DNA of 64,000 bases, taken from the NCBI GenBank assembly GCA_051362555.1, contig CM120641.1:17112001-17176000 (forward strand), written 5' to 3'. This document shows positions 53,159 to 64,000 of the stretch, piece after piece; positions within the stretch are counted from its first letter, which is position 1, and every line of letters starts with the position of its first letter. The notes beneath the pieces were generated by a model. It was not told the DNA's origin. It searched no databases and was given only the letters and a program-made list of their open reading frames with translations. The DNA is from Lingula anatina (Eukaryota > Animalia > Brachiopoda). The position numbers were made by a program, and so were the translations under genes.

Positions 53159-56100
53159 TTTTTATGTTGACGTTAAAAAGGCAATTTTGCCCTGCGTATT
53201 GCAAACTTGTTTTGCCGTTCATTGGCACCTAATGAAAGAGGTGTTTTATTTCTTTTCAAACTTATTTATGTGATGATTCCCGCACTGCCGTTTATAGAAT
53301 CTCACGATTGACTTCTCTCAAGAGAAAGGCATGTGGCAGCATCCCCAGGGGAATCATTGACGTTGTGTTGGCCATATTTGTAAGGCAATCCCAGTTTCTC
53401 CCCCTCTTACTGTCAGATTAATGCTTTCGAACGAGTTCCTTCTTCTGCCAACAGTGAACACGCTAGTTGACAGCAGGGTTCCCACCACTACACTTCTTAG
53501 ACCGAGTAGATTCATCGCTTATCGTGTTTACAGCATAGGACTACACATGTAATCACATGGGATTGATAGAAGAATTCTCATAAATGAGCGGAGTTGGCAA
53601 TGCTGAAAAAAAATGACTCAGTCAGGAAGTCAATGACTGAAATCCGTAGTTCACTCCTAGCTTAAAGCTAAGCTTATACATGGTATTTGCAATAAACCAG
53701 CGGTTTAATAAGGACTTTTCATCAATATACTTTTGTCCATTCTAACTGTTTTTCCTCAATTAGTGATTGTTTTGTTACGCTAGCAGACCCACCTCTTTAA
53801 TGATAATTTGGAAACTAAATTTCGTATTGCTCTCAGTTAGTTAAAGTTATTTTGTTTTATAATCAAATTTGCGTTATTATAGAAGTAGCACAATTAACGG
53901 AGTCTAGACGGGGGATGATAAGCACTTGCTTTAATGCTAATTATTGATACCAATATTGATTGACTGACATGTAAGTTTAATGTTTTCATAATGTTAAGTT
54001 CAGTATCATTTGGTTACATTACTATATCAAAAAAAATAAAAAAACTGACAATATAACCAAGAAACGCATATGTAATAAACACATACATCTGTAGATTTCG
54101 AAGCGATTCTGTGTCGTAGGAAATATCTTTTGGCAAAAAAGAATAAATAGAAACAAAGAAACCCCCCAAAAAATGAAAGAAAAGCTATAATAAAAAAGAT
54201 TTTGTCTCTGTTCACAGGAAGAATGAATCCTATAATTGCTTCAAAACAATCACGCTTTTTTGTCCTTGATGCATTCAGCATTATGATATGTGTCATGTGT
54301 GAGGGAACAAGAGGTAAAAAAAGCTCTAACAGGTACATGATTGTTATTGTACCTTCCATTTTCGAAAATATTTTTTAATAAACAATAACTTAAAGTCTTT
54401 GTGACTCCCTGTTCTTACAGGGACATGATTACTATTGTGTCTACCTTTTTCGGAGAAATAAAAAGAAACCAATTGCTAAGTCTTTGCGACTCCCATGTTA
54501 ATTAAGGTACTTGTCCTTTAATCAAAGTGTTCCGCCAATTTACCGTTCAATATGTTAACAACACCGGTGTAATCAACAGGAATTGTTTTCAGTTCTCTGG
54601 GGGACAAAATATCCGTCAAAACCTGACAAGGTCAGACATGGAATGAATTAATAACTAATTATTAGCTACTTGACTTACTTGTATAATGGGCAAGCCACAC
54701 GGAGTGTCTTAATTACATACTTATACTGTTTTTGGTGCCACGTACTTATTCCTGTGACAAGAAAACGGCATTTGTATCATAGATAATGATACGGTGATCC
54801 TTGTCAAATGTTGGAAAAGCTGACATAATATTGAATAATTGACGAAATTGGATACGAGTTCTAATCATATTTTTTCCTTTGCCTCTTTCATTCTTGTATG
54901 GTATATCTATTTTAGCATATCAGATAAAACTCAAAGAAGTGACATGCCCTCCTTTCTCGCCACACGCCTTCTCGTAAATGTATGTATTTGGATGCAGATA
55001 ACAGGGTTATTTCCAGACAACACATTACTTTTGAAAGCGTCACCTATGAAACTTTCAGTGAAATGAAAATATTAATTAATGAGATGCCTTAATGGGGCAC
55101 CCATCATAGATATGAAGTAGTACTGCAGGAGCACGCATGAGATAGGAAATAGTGGGCAATATCCGGAAATGTCGCCATTAAATTGACGCGAAAGATTAAA
55201 TCCCGCCTTGCCTGCAGGAGCTGAATAAAACCCCACGCTTTTTAGGGCAGAACAAAGAACTATCCCCTGGGGTTTTAGACTTTTCTGTAGTACTTCCCGA
55301 CTAAAGCATGTTGTAAGGGAATTTTTAAAAAGATGCTATTTTTACGTACTTAACCGACCTAATTTATTTAATAAACCGCATTTCTAGTTCAGTTGTTACG
55401 GCTTAAACAGTACTAGAACAGCTTTCGTGATCAGCAGATAGCAAAATGATTTATTTCTGACTATGGATACCAGTTCTTATTCCACTGTTGGGACGGCGTT
55501 GTTATTGCGTTAAATCGCGCCCAGTTTGACTGTATTCTTATGGAAAGGAATACAGTCAAATGTGGCGACCAGCTGACTAAGCGTGTACTAAGGTAAGCCT
55601 CCACAAATGGACTAAAATGCGGGCTACGACTTCAATTTAACTGTACAATGTAAGTCATAAGAAATTCAGGGTGCGTGTGGTGGTTTTAGTCACCATAGCA
55701 TCTTCACGCACTTGAACTTTCAGCCCCTGTTTTTTGATCCTGTTTTTATTCTGACTCCATTGAAAAGTTCAGATACATTTAGGAAGGACCGGTGGGTGGA
55801 CAGCCCAAACTACAGACTGGAACACGTGTGCGTGCAATATAAGAGTGCATAACAAACAGAAAAGCAGAGCTACATTAAGAATTATTCGATGAATGCATAA
55901 ATACCTTTAGTACGTGTAAGTCGTAATATGGAACATAAATGCTGCAGTGCACTAGGGGTCAGTTATACAAAATGAGATGAGTTCCATTTTTTAATAATTT
56001 CCCATATTTGTTGCAATTTCTTATATACTATGTTGTGACCGATACTTCTACAATTATCATGTTCCTGTGGAACAGATTGTGGGTGTGTCATTTTGATTTT

Positions 56101-57000
56101 TTCTTGTGAATATACGGAACCGTTTTTTGCCAAAAAGAAATAATTATCCTGTAGCTATAACAATATTCCAGAAATCTTCACAAAAAGTCCTACATCAAAA
56201 AATGTATATGTTTTGAAGACCACTTTTTACATGCTTTTGGTTATGTAAACGACGACATGCTTTCCCTTAATTATTAGTAACCGAAAATTGCCAATTTAAA
56301 ACGGTTTTGGTAATTCTCATTAATCTTTAATAACAACCTTTCCTTGGTTTCTGACGGAGAATAAACAGATATAAAACTAAAGATAAGATTTCACGAATAG
56401 TTATTTGAAGCAGTTTCTATTCTATTTCTTCTAGATGATTGTTTGTTCTTGAATTATTGGAAATGCTATTAATTTTCCTTCTCGTTAAGCAATTACATTA
56501 TCTTAATTACGTATCGAACCAGATTGCATACAAGACTGTGCCTATCTCATACTCAGAGCATTACGATAGCATCGTCGATTCATAATGAAATAGTTTTTGG
56601 GACTGCCACATGCGTACATGTTAGAGTTATAGGTATTTATGTATTTATTCATAACAACGACATTTGTATTTATTAATTTGTCTTATCTGCCGTTCATGAG
56701 AGTTCAAAGCGTCAAGGGGGAACACAAAACATATGAAACTCTTTTTAAGTGATTGAATAGGAGATAACGATTACTTGGTTAACAATACCCGAAACAGATA
56801 TCAAGAACGACCGCTGATTAGCGTACTAACTGTATTTTAATTATATTTAGATCCGTGCATACATCGGTGAACAGTGCAATGGATTCTGAAAAGCCATTTA
56901 AGGTTTTATTTAGATGATGTCCCTATGAAAGTATTTTTATAGCTCGTGAAAGTAAGATATTTGGTTTCATTAATCAGCATAATTTTATGTTTGCTGTAAG

Positions 57001-57032
57001 CTAAGATCTAATAAACGTATATTAGATCTTAG
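57001..57032. repeat. 32-bp near-perfect palindrome flanked by a 7-bp direct repeat
   Basis: ctaagatctaataaacgtatattagatcttag (one mismatched pair), with CTGTAAG at 56994-57000 and 57033-57039. Confidence 0.85.
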
Positions 57033-59943
57033 CTGTAAGGAAAAATTGTGTCCCAATATCAGAATATATGATATTACTACATGGTTTCATTTGCTAAATA
57101 AAAACATTAGTGGCTGTAATGCGGTAATTAAATAGCTGACAACACGCCTCCCCCTCCGTGAATGGGCGTCTTTTATGTTATTCTTTTTTAATATGAATTG
57201 TTGGGTAAAGAAAGCATTTTGGTTCATTTCAAATGGCCCCCCTCTTCAAAACGTTTCGTAAATGTTATATCAAACCTCCCCAAACTTATTATCGTTTTGT
57301 CGGTTTTTCCTTCCTTTCTCACTTGCATACATGTATATCGTACACCAGCGTGAAATTGAACCTTAAAGTCCAGTGCTAAGCGAGTCTTACAGGACTATTT
57401 GACGATCTGATAGCTCACACACCCAACCCTTCGTGCATTTTGTCACGTCCTGCATTTCTGATGGGTGCCAGTGTTGTAAGTAATTATTGGAATAAAGTGA
57501 AAGAAATCGCCCTTCTGCTCACACGCGATTTAACATATAATTTCCAAATGGTCCAAATGTTTTGAAGTCAAGTCTAAAGGCAGTATACTTGTACACATCC
57601 TAGCCACTTTCCATTCGAAATCAAAGCGAGTGTGCGTGTCTCACTTTAAATAATGAAAAATGTTATAATTTGAATATATGAAGCAGTTGTCCATCGCCGT
57701 TAACGGCAAAAAGTCAATCTCGGGTTTTATTAAATAAAGTATCAAAACAGGATAGACAGGGAGTCAGAAAGGTTGGTGTGGGGCGTCAAGTTAAATGTCG
57801 CCAGATCTCCTGGCTTTATATTGAGAAATATACTTGTAGTTATATGTACAGAATTACTTTCCCTGAAAGAAAGTTATCGTTGTTAAATATTTTGTCTTCT
57901 CTGTGTCGCAATGCGGTGATTTCCCATTAAGATACACGTTGATTGCATTCTACTTGCGATGTTATTACAGGGTATGATGCTTAATATGGGTAATTTGTCT
58001 AATATGACCATAGTGCCAACTTGTTAGATGCCAAAATAAAAGAGCTCACAGTTACATAACATCAGGATGAATATCTATTAATATGATATACCATAAAAAG
58101 CGGCAATTAGAGCGTTGGCAGCGAGCAAGGAAGAAGCGTGTAGGGAGCAGGCGCTCTCCCTCTTCCTCTGGTGCTTCATAGTTATTGCGTTTTTATTTCC
58201 CACCCACCCACCCACCCTCAAGGGGGTGTACGTAAAATTCCAGACTTGCAACTCAGCATGGGGGGTATAGTCGTTTCATCATCAGTAGGTTTTTATATTC
58301 ATATCATAAAATGTTTGGGTACTTATAAATGAAATGATTTAAACGGTAATGGTTTATATTGATTGCCCTTATGTGACCAATACAAATTTTCTGCAGAATT
58401 ACATTTCTCAAAACATATTTTTTATTTGACGTTCTTCTGGTATGACACCCCCCCCCCACTCTCCCCCCCCCCCCACCCCAAATTTGGATAATCTGACCTT
58501 TTGCCCTGTCACGGATAACCAAACACTTATCTCCGACAAAAGCAAGAGGGACAGTGAAGATGTCGGAGATGTGCATACTGTAGTAGCATCGGCTGATAGC
58601 TTTCACTTGTCTGACGCCGGGAAAATCTGACATCTCTTCCGTACTTAAGAAATCACCCATAATTGAGCGACATTTAGGACGTAATTGCCAATCAGCGTGA
58701 AAGGCCAGTAAATACAGAGTGATTCTCTTTGTATAATGTAGGCCTTCTTGAGATTTATTGATGTTTATAATGTGAAGGAACATATAAAGCAGTTCCAGAA
58801 GACTGTCTGGCCGTAGATAAGGGAAAATCAGTAGCGTTGTGTCCTTTTTGCATACAAAAACCCACCTCCAGGCGTTTCAGTGTTGAAGGGAGTGAAAACA
58901 TGCTGGGCAGAATTTGGTGGTGGATGTACTTTTAATAGGGAAAGGGTCTTTAGCCAACGATTTACTCATATTGGAAAGAAATCTTTGAAACTAAAAAAGC
59001 AATTTGCCAACTATTGTCGACTTTCTCAGATGAATTTCGCCAGGCGGCGCATTTTGAAATATTGCATGTTTCGCATATCGTAGCTTTTCACATCAAGTAA
59101 CGAAAAAACTATTGTAAACACGACAATGACAATGTAAAAGGGTTCCGGTTAGAAGGAAATGAGCCGCTATCAGGCATTTCTTGGCCCACCAAGGCGATTT
59201 TCAACCATACGTGTAAACAAAAACATCACGCAAACAACACTTTTTGCGTGATAGGCATGTCTTGAAAAAAAAAGCAGTGCTGCTCTTATAAAATCGTTTT
59301 AGGAACGTTATAGCCAAATATATATGAATTATACTTGCTTTGAAGTCTGAATTACGTCAATTTTCCAAAGCATACTAACAAGTTCGACTCAGAATACAAG
59401 ATCGTTGAAATGCCCTCTTTGTCCAAATGCGGTTTTATTAAACACTTTTGTCAAGTTATACGATAACGCTGGGTAGTAGTTGCTAGAACGACTACACATT
59501 GCCATTAATCAAGTAACCACATTTCTGTGTCATCACCTCACCGTTGTGCGCCAACAAGATAACAATTGTACCATGTTTGAGCATAAAATAGAGCCTAGAA
59601 CTATGAGACAAAATGGATTGATCAAATACTTTGACGATTTAGGAAATAAGGTGAAACAGCTGGCCAATGAAGAAAAATAGAGATTCCGACAATCCCCTCT
59701 TTGTACATAACTTGCTAAAATATTTTTTTAGATGTAAAAAAAAACCTGCCACCGACGGACCCCTCCTTGTTGTATATGACAGCTACGATATTTGAATTGA
59801 TAGTTGAATAAAGACGTATATTTCTATATCTTGGTCCTCGACTAACGTATCTTTAAGTTTGACCAATTTGTCGTTGGTCTTAATCATCTGCATTTCACTC
59901 TTTACTACACTGCTTTTATCGAAGAGCAAATATATATGTGGGA

Positions 59944-60167
59944 CATGCCCCTTAAAGGATTAGGCGTTTACTAGGACTACCCGCAGATCTTTTAGCATTA
60001 ACACCCACCTAAACCACAAATTAACCAGAACAACCAGAGCGGATGGATGTTAGTGCTAGGTATTGTTTTGTTAGAACTATTATGGGCGTGTGGTGGTTAA
60101 TATGGGCGTTTGTACTAAAAGATCTGCAGGCAATGTTAGTGAACGCCTAATCCGTTTATAAGGCCTG
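59944..60167. mobile_element. Degenerate MITE-like foldback element
   Basis: An imperfect inverted repeat of about 40 bp: ggattaggcgtttactag...gcagatcttttag versus ctaaaagatctgc...tagtgaacgcctaatcc. The right end is taatccgtttataaggcctg. Confidence 0.7.
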
Positions 60168-60235
60168 TAGAAACAAAGCTAGAAAACCCCGAATGGGGCT
60201 TGATCAGAATATGTTGGTGCACACATATACATGCT

Positions 60236-60647
60236 CAAGCTTCATAAACGATAATTGCCATTTGCTAACACGAGCCTGAAATTTAGGAGCACAAATGCAC
60301 AAATTAACGTCTCGAGCCACAATTAAGTACCCCAACGTAAAATTAAATGCCACAAGCCCAGTTTGATAACAAAAACATGTTGGCCATCTTCAATCCGGGT
60401 CTCTGGCTGTATACATAGGCCCCCATACGGGTTCTTTTTATCAACCATACCGCGTATTAATACGACAGCAATGCGTTCTCGACACTCTTGGGATCATCCG
60501 GAACGTACTGAACGTTTTATAAATGGATAAACAGTTTGTTTTAACAAACGCTGGGTTGTGGTAACTAATTTTTGGTGTTCTTAGTCGTTAATTTGGGCAT
60601 TTGTGCTCAACAATCTGAGGCTCGAGTTAATCCGTTTGTAAGGCCTG
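60236..60647. mobile_element. Second degenerate MITE-like element with the same terminal motif
   Basis: Inverted repeat taacacgagcctgaaatttaggagcacaaatgcacaaattaacg versus cgttaatttgggcatttgtgctcaacaatctgaggctcgagtta. The right end is taatccgtttgtaaggcctg. Confidence 0.7.
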
Positions 60648-61462
60648 ACATACAAATTCTGAATGGTATAACATTGTCTTTGACTCTGCTGTTACACCAA
60701 GTTATGCTTTCTGGAACATGACATTTACTTTTCTCCTTTCTTTTCCATATAATTGGTCACCAAAAGGAGCCCCCCCCCCCAAAAAAAAATATTTCCCCAA
60801 ATATACTGTTACTTGAAGGTAAAACACATATTTATAATAAGACACAAATGCGTTGATTGAATAATATGTTTTGCCCTTATTTGACCTAATTGAAATCACA
60901 GATGCAATATTCTTTTTAAATATTCCATTCATTTTTAGCAAGAGTGTATATCTACAGCTATCAAAATGCAAACTTTCGTTCGTTTATACAGTATCCGCAA
61001 TATGAGCACATAGAGAGTGAAACAGTAGCGAACACGTTTATGTACCCACTAACCGAATATCCTTAAATAATTACGAAACACATAAGCTCATCTCACTTTG
61101 ATATTCATGAAACGTCTGCAGTATTTAGACACTTCGATTAATTCATAATCTTGTCTGCGATAGTTCTTAAAAGATCCATTCTTTAAATCAGCGCACGCTC
61201 TACACTTTTACATACTATGATATAACATTCATGATCAAAGGGCGTTTGAAAGTGCCCTTGTTCATTTAAAGTCAATGCGACGATTTTACCCTTAAAAACT
61301 ATATTGACTATCGGTAGCCCGATACTGTTTGGTCAACATATATTAACATATCGCACTTCAAAACAGAGAGAATCTTTGTTGACAACAGTCAGCAATGACA
61401 GCAGATGACGCAGATAATTTAAGAACTATAACTGCTCATCATCGACATACTCTTCTTGCCAG

Positions 61463-61531
61463 TGCCACCTGCTGTACAGATGAGAGCCAAACAATTTCTT
61501 CTATTAATTAAAGAATTGAAGTGCGCAGCGG
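61463..61531 (+). other. Candidate exon of the unidentified downstream gene
   Basis: Polypyrimidine acceptor tcttcttgccag ending at 61462 and consensus donor G|GTAAGT at 61532. An ATG at 61480 opens MRAKQFLLLIKELKCAA up to the donor. No homology was recognised. Confidence 0.3.
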
Positions 61532-64000
61532 GTAAGTCACATTGTGGGAACAATTTACGGAAGCAAATTATTTTCAACTTCAGAATTTACTGCGTGGCTC
61601 GGCAAGCTTTTGGTATCCTTTTATAAAACTGATGATGGCAATTGCATAGCCATACGGATGTCCTTTGAGAAATATTGCGTGTGAACTTAAAAGCACTTTG
61701 CCTGTTAAATTTATAAATTCTCAGGGAAACATTTGAAAGAGGGAGCATCTCAAACCAAAGACTCAAAATACCGTTAACACATTGACAGCTGTCAGCTGAC
61801 AGCTGTGATGCGATGGTAAATTTAAGAAACCACCCCTGTTTATGATGAAGCAACTTTTTTTCAATGACCATATTTTTCAATGAATTTACTGCAGCAGAAA
61901 ATACTAGGGGCTTAGCTCAAGTTATGTTACCTCCAGTTTCTAATAACATGGACAGATTTACAACATAAATTTGTAATTCCTAGATCGCCAGAACAAGGGA
62001 GCTATTGAGGATAAGGAAAGGCAATAGAGTTCAAAGGTCAGTTTTGCATCTATGTCTGGACTCAAATCTACACAGGGCTTAAAAAAAATTATCTGTCCAA
62101 GGTGAACATTCGAAACTGACTTCGTTACTTGGTTTCGGCAAACTAGTTTGCATTTATGTCTATTTTTAGATAAATTAATTTTAATTAGATCCAGTTTAAT
62201 TCAAAATAAAGAGGTGTATGTAATTATTATACGAAGGGCAAACTATATTTTTCTAATTTTAATGATATTTGCTTAAAGTCATTGGCAATGCAAAAGGTGT
62301 TTCAAATTACTCAGCAGCGAATGTCGATAAAAACTGACGTTATCATTAAAGGTTAATTTTAGACTAAAAGATATAAATAGGTTAACATGCGTTCACCACT
62401 TCAAAGTTATGTGCACAGTATTGAATGATCACCCAGCGTAATTTGAAATCAATACGGTTATTAAATGAGAAAAGGTTTATTAGACCCTGTCACGCGAATG
62501 GAACCTTGTAATGAGAGAAATAATTGTAAAATACGAGTTCTTGCCAGAATTTATCGACTGTACAATTTCCATATAACTGAGTTTACCCATGTATTTTGTC
62601 GTTAATGCTTGTCCTGGCTGCGACAACGACTGATAGCACCTCGAGAGCGTCAAATCTTACACTGGCATGTGTAAGAATGCGTACAGAATATGTAAGGATC
62701 CACGTGCATATGTAGTAGAGTTTGGAGTCAAATTTCGATGACAGAAAACAGGCTGGTGGCTTATCAAATAGGTCGTATATAGTGCTATTTTTTTAAATTT
62801 TATCTTATTTTATTTTTCTTTTCTTAATTTTGGGTGAAGGTAGCTTTGATTTCATACTAAATTTATGTTACGACGCTTTGAAATATAGAAAGAATAATAC
62901 CCCTGCTAAAAAGTATATACTTGTCCGAAGTGCAATGACAAAGACTTCATATCACGGTTCTCTCAATTTAAGGCAGAAAAAGTAGCATGAAGGTAACGTT
63001 TTGGTTCATTAATAAACGGTGAACTTAAGTACATAAATAACTTTTATTGTTTATGAATTTATCCATTCTTTACATCCGTTTTCCACCCAAATCGAGGATT
63101 TGATCTCTCAACGTTCGAAACTCTTCTGCTGTGTTAGTGTTCTTTACTATCAAAATAAAAATGAATATGCAGCCTTTGATTTATTTCACCACACCCTTTA
63201 CTTTTCTCTGAGCTTTTCTCTAGCAAGCATCGACAAGCCCTTAAACTAGCTCGACTTAACATTTCTTTTCCTTCAAACATCTAGATCTATCGGTATTTTA
63301 GAAAAGAAAGCTATTTTAACACAAATGGCACCAGTAAATGTTGATAAAACGAACCATATCTCAGTCTCACAAGTGAAGAAGTTATAACTGAACTGGCAGA
63401 TATTGTGAAAGGGGAATGTATGATGCAACATATATACACACTGAGGTTTAAGTTAAACAAATCACAGATGATAGTGAGCATTTTGAATGTCACATACATG
63501 TACGTATCAAAGTTTCATAAAATTACTATAAGAAACGGAGCTGACAGCACTTCGATCGACACGTGATGTAGAAGTTTGCTACTTTACATCATGACTAATT
63601 TTCTATCGCTGGATTAGGTTGTTAGGCTTGTTTGGATGGTTTTGAATGCTTGCGGAAAATAAAGGTATCGCTGTCATGACGCATTGGTTCATTAGATACG
63701 TAAACCAATTATTGGGGATCGAGCTTCTAAATTCGATTGGAACAATTTACAGCTAAATGTATTTTCAGTGTTTTCTGCGCTTTGCTAATGTCATTGGCTT
63801 TTTGTCTGTTGGCAAAATGGGATCGTTGAAGTGGAGGGATCCAGTGCCACTTTCGCGGCTATTAAAAAAACAATAAAGCAGTCACGCATTTTTGCAGTAT
63901 TCCCCTTAAAACCAGGATATCACATTTTATTTAAAAAAAGACTTTCGTATGTACTAACTAAAACAAGAAAGAGGGGTAGTGTAAAAGTATGATATAATCC

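Noticed and set aside
58304-58783. 159-aa minus-strand ORF
   Set aside because: It spans poly-C runs and AT-rich sequence, with no domain signal or convincing splice structure.

Overview
AT-rich, intron-dense animal genomic DNA. It is probably a marine invertebrate such as a mollusc or other lophotrochozoan, inferred from composition and repeat style. No prokaryotic features or CRISPR arrays were seen. Three protein genes were reconstructed by hand from GT-AG boundaries. (1) A 5'-partial spectraplakin (MACF1/dystonin/Shot family) on + at 1077-32024, with 42 exons and about 3242 aa in the window: plakin SH3, a plectin-repeat exon, a spectrin rod, 2 EF-hands, GAS2/GAR, and an SxIP/GSR tail. (2) A 21-coding-exon ankyrin-repeat gene on - at 34894-44807 (about 709 aa), with every coding intron in phase 0. 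(3) An EFCAB3/SPATA21-like EF-hand gene on + at 46545-50409, head-to-head with gene 2. Between the convergent genes 1 and 2 lies a decaying tRNA-Gln(CTG) cluster of one intact gene, two deletion pseudogenes and one inverted fragment. Several MITE-like inverted-repeat elements, a 32-bp palindrome with a target-site duplication, and a CCAAT/TATA promoter of an unidentified downstream gene (about 53.0-53.15 kb) were also found. I found no evidence of a wholly new multi-gene system. The best leads are the compact spectraplakin architecture with its switchable C-terminus, the all-phase-0 ankyrin gene, and the minimal palindromic insertions.
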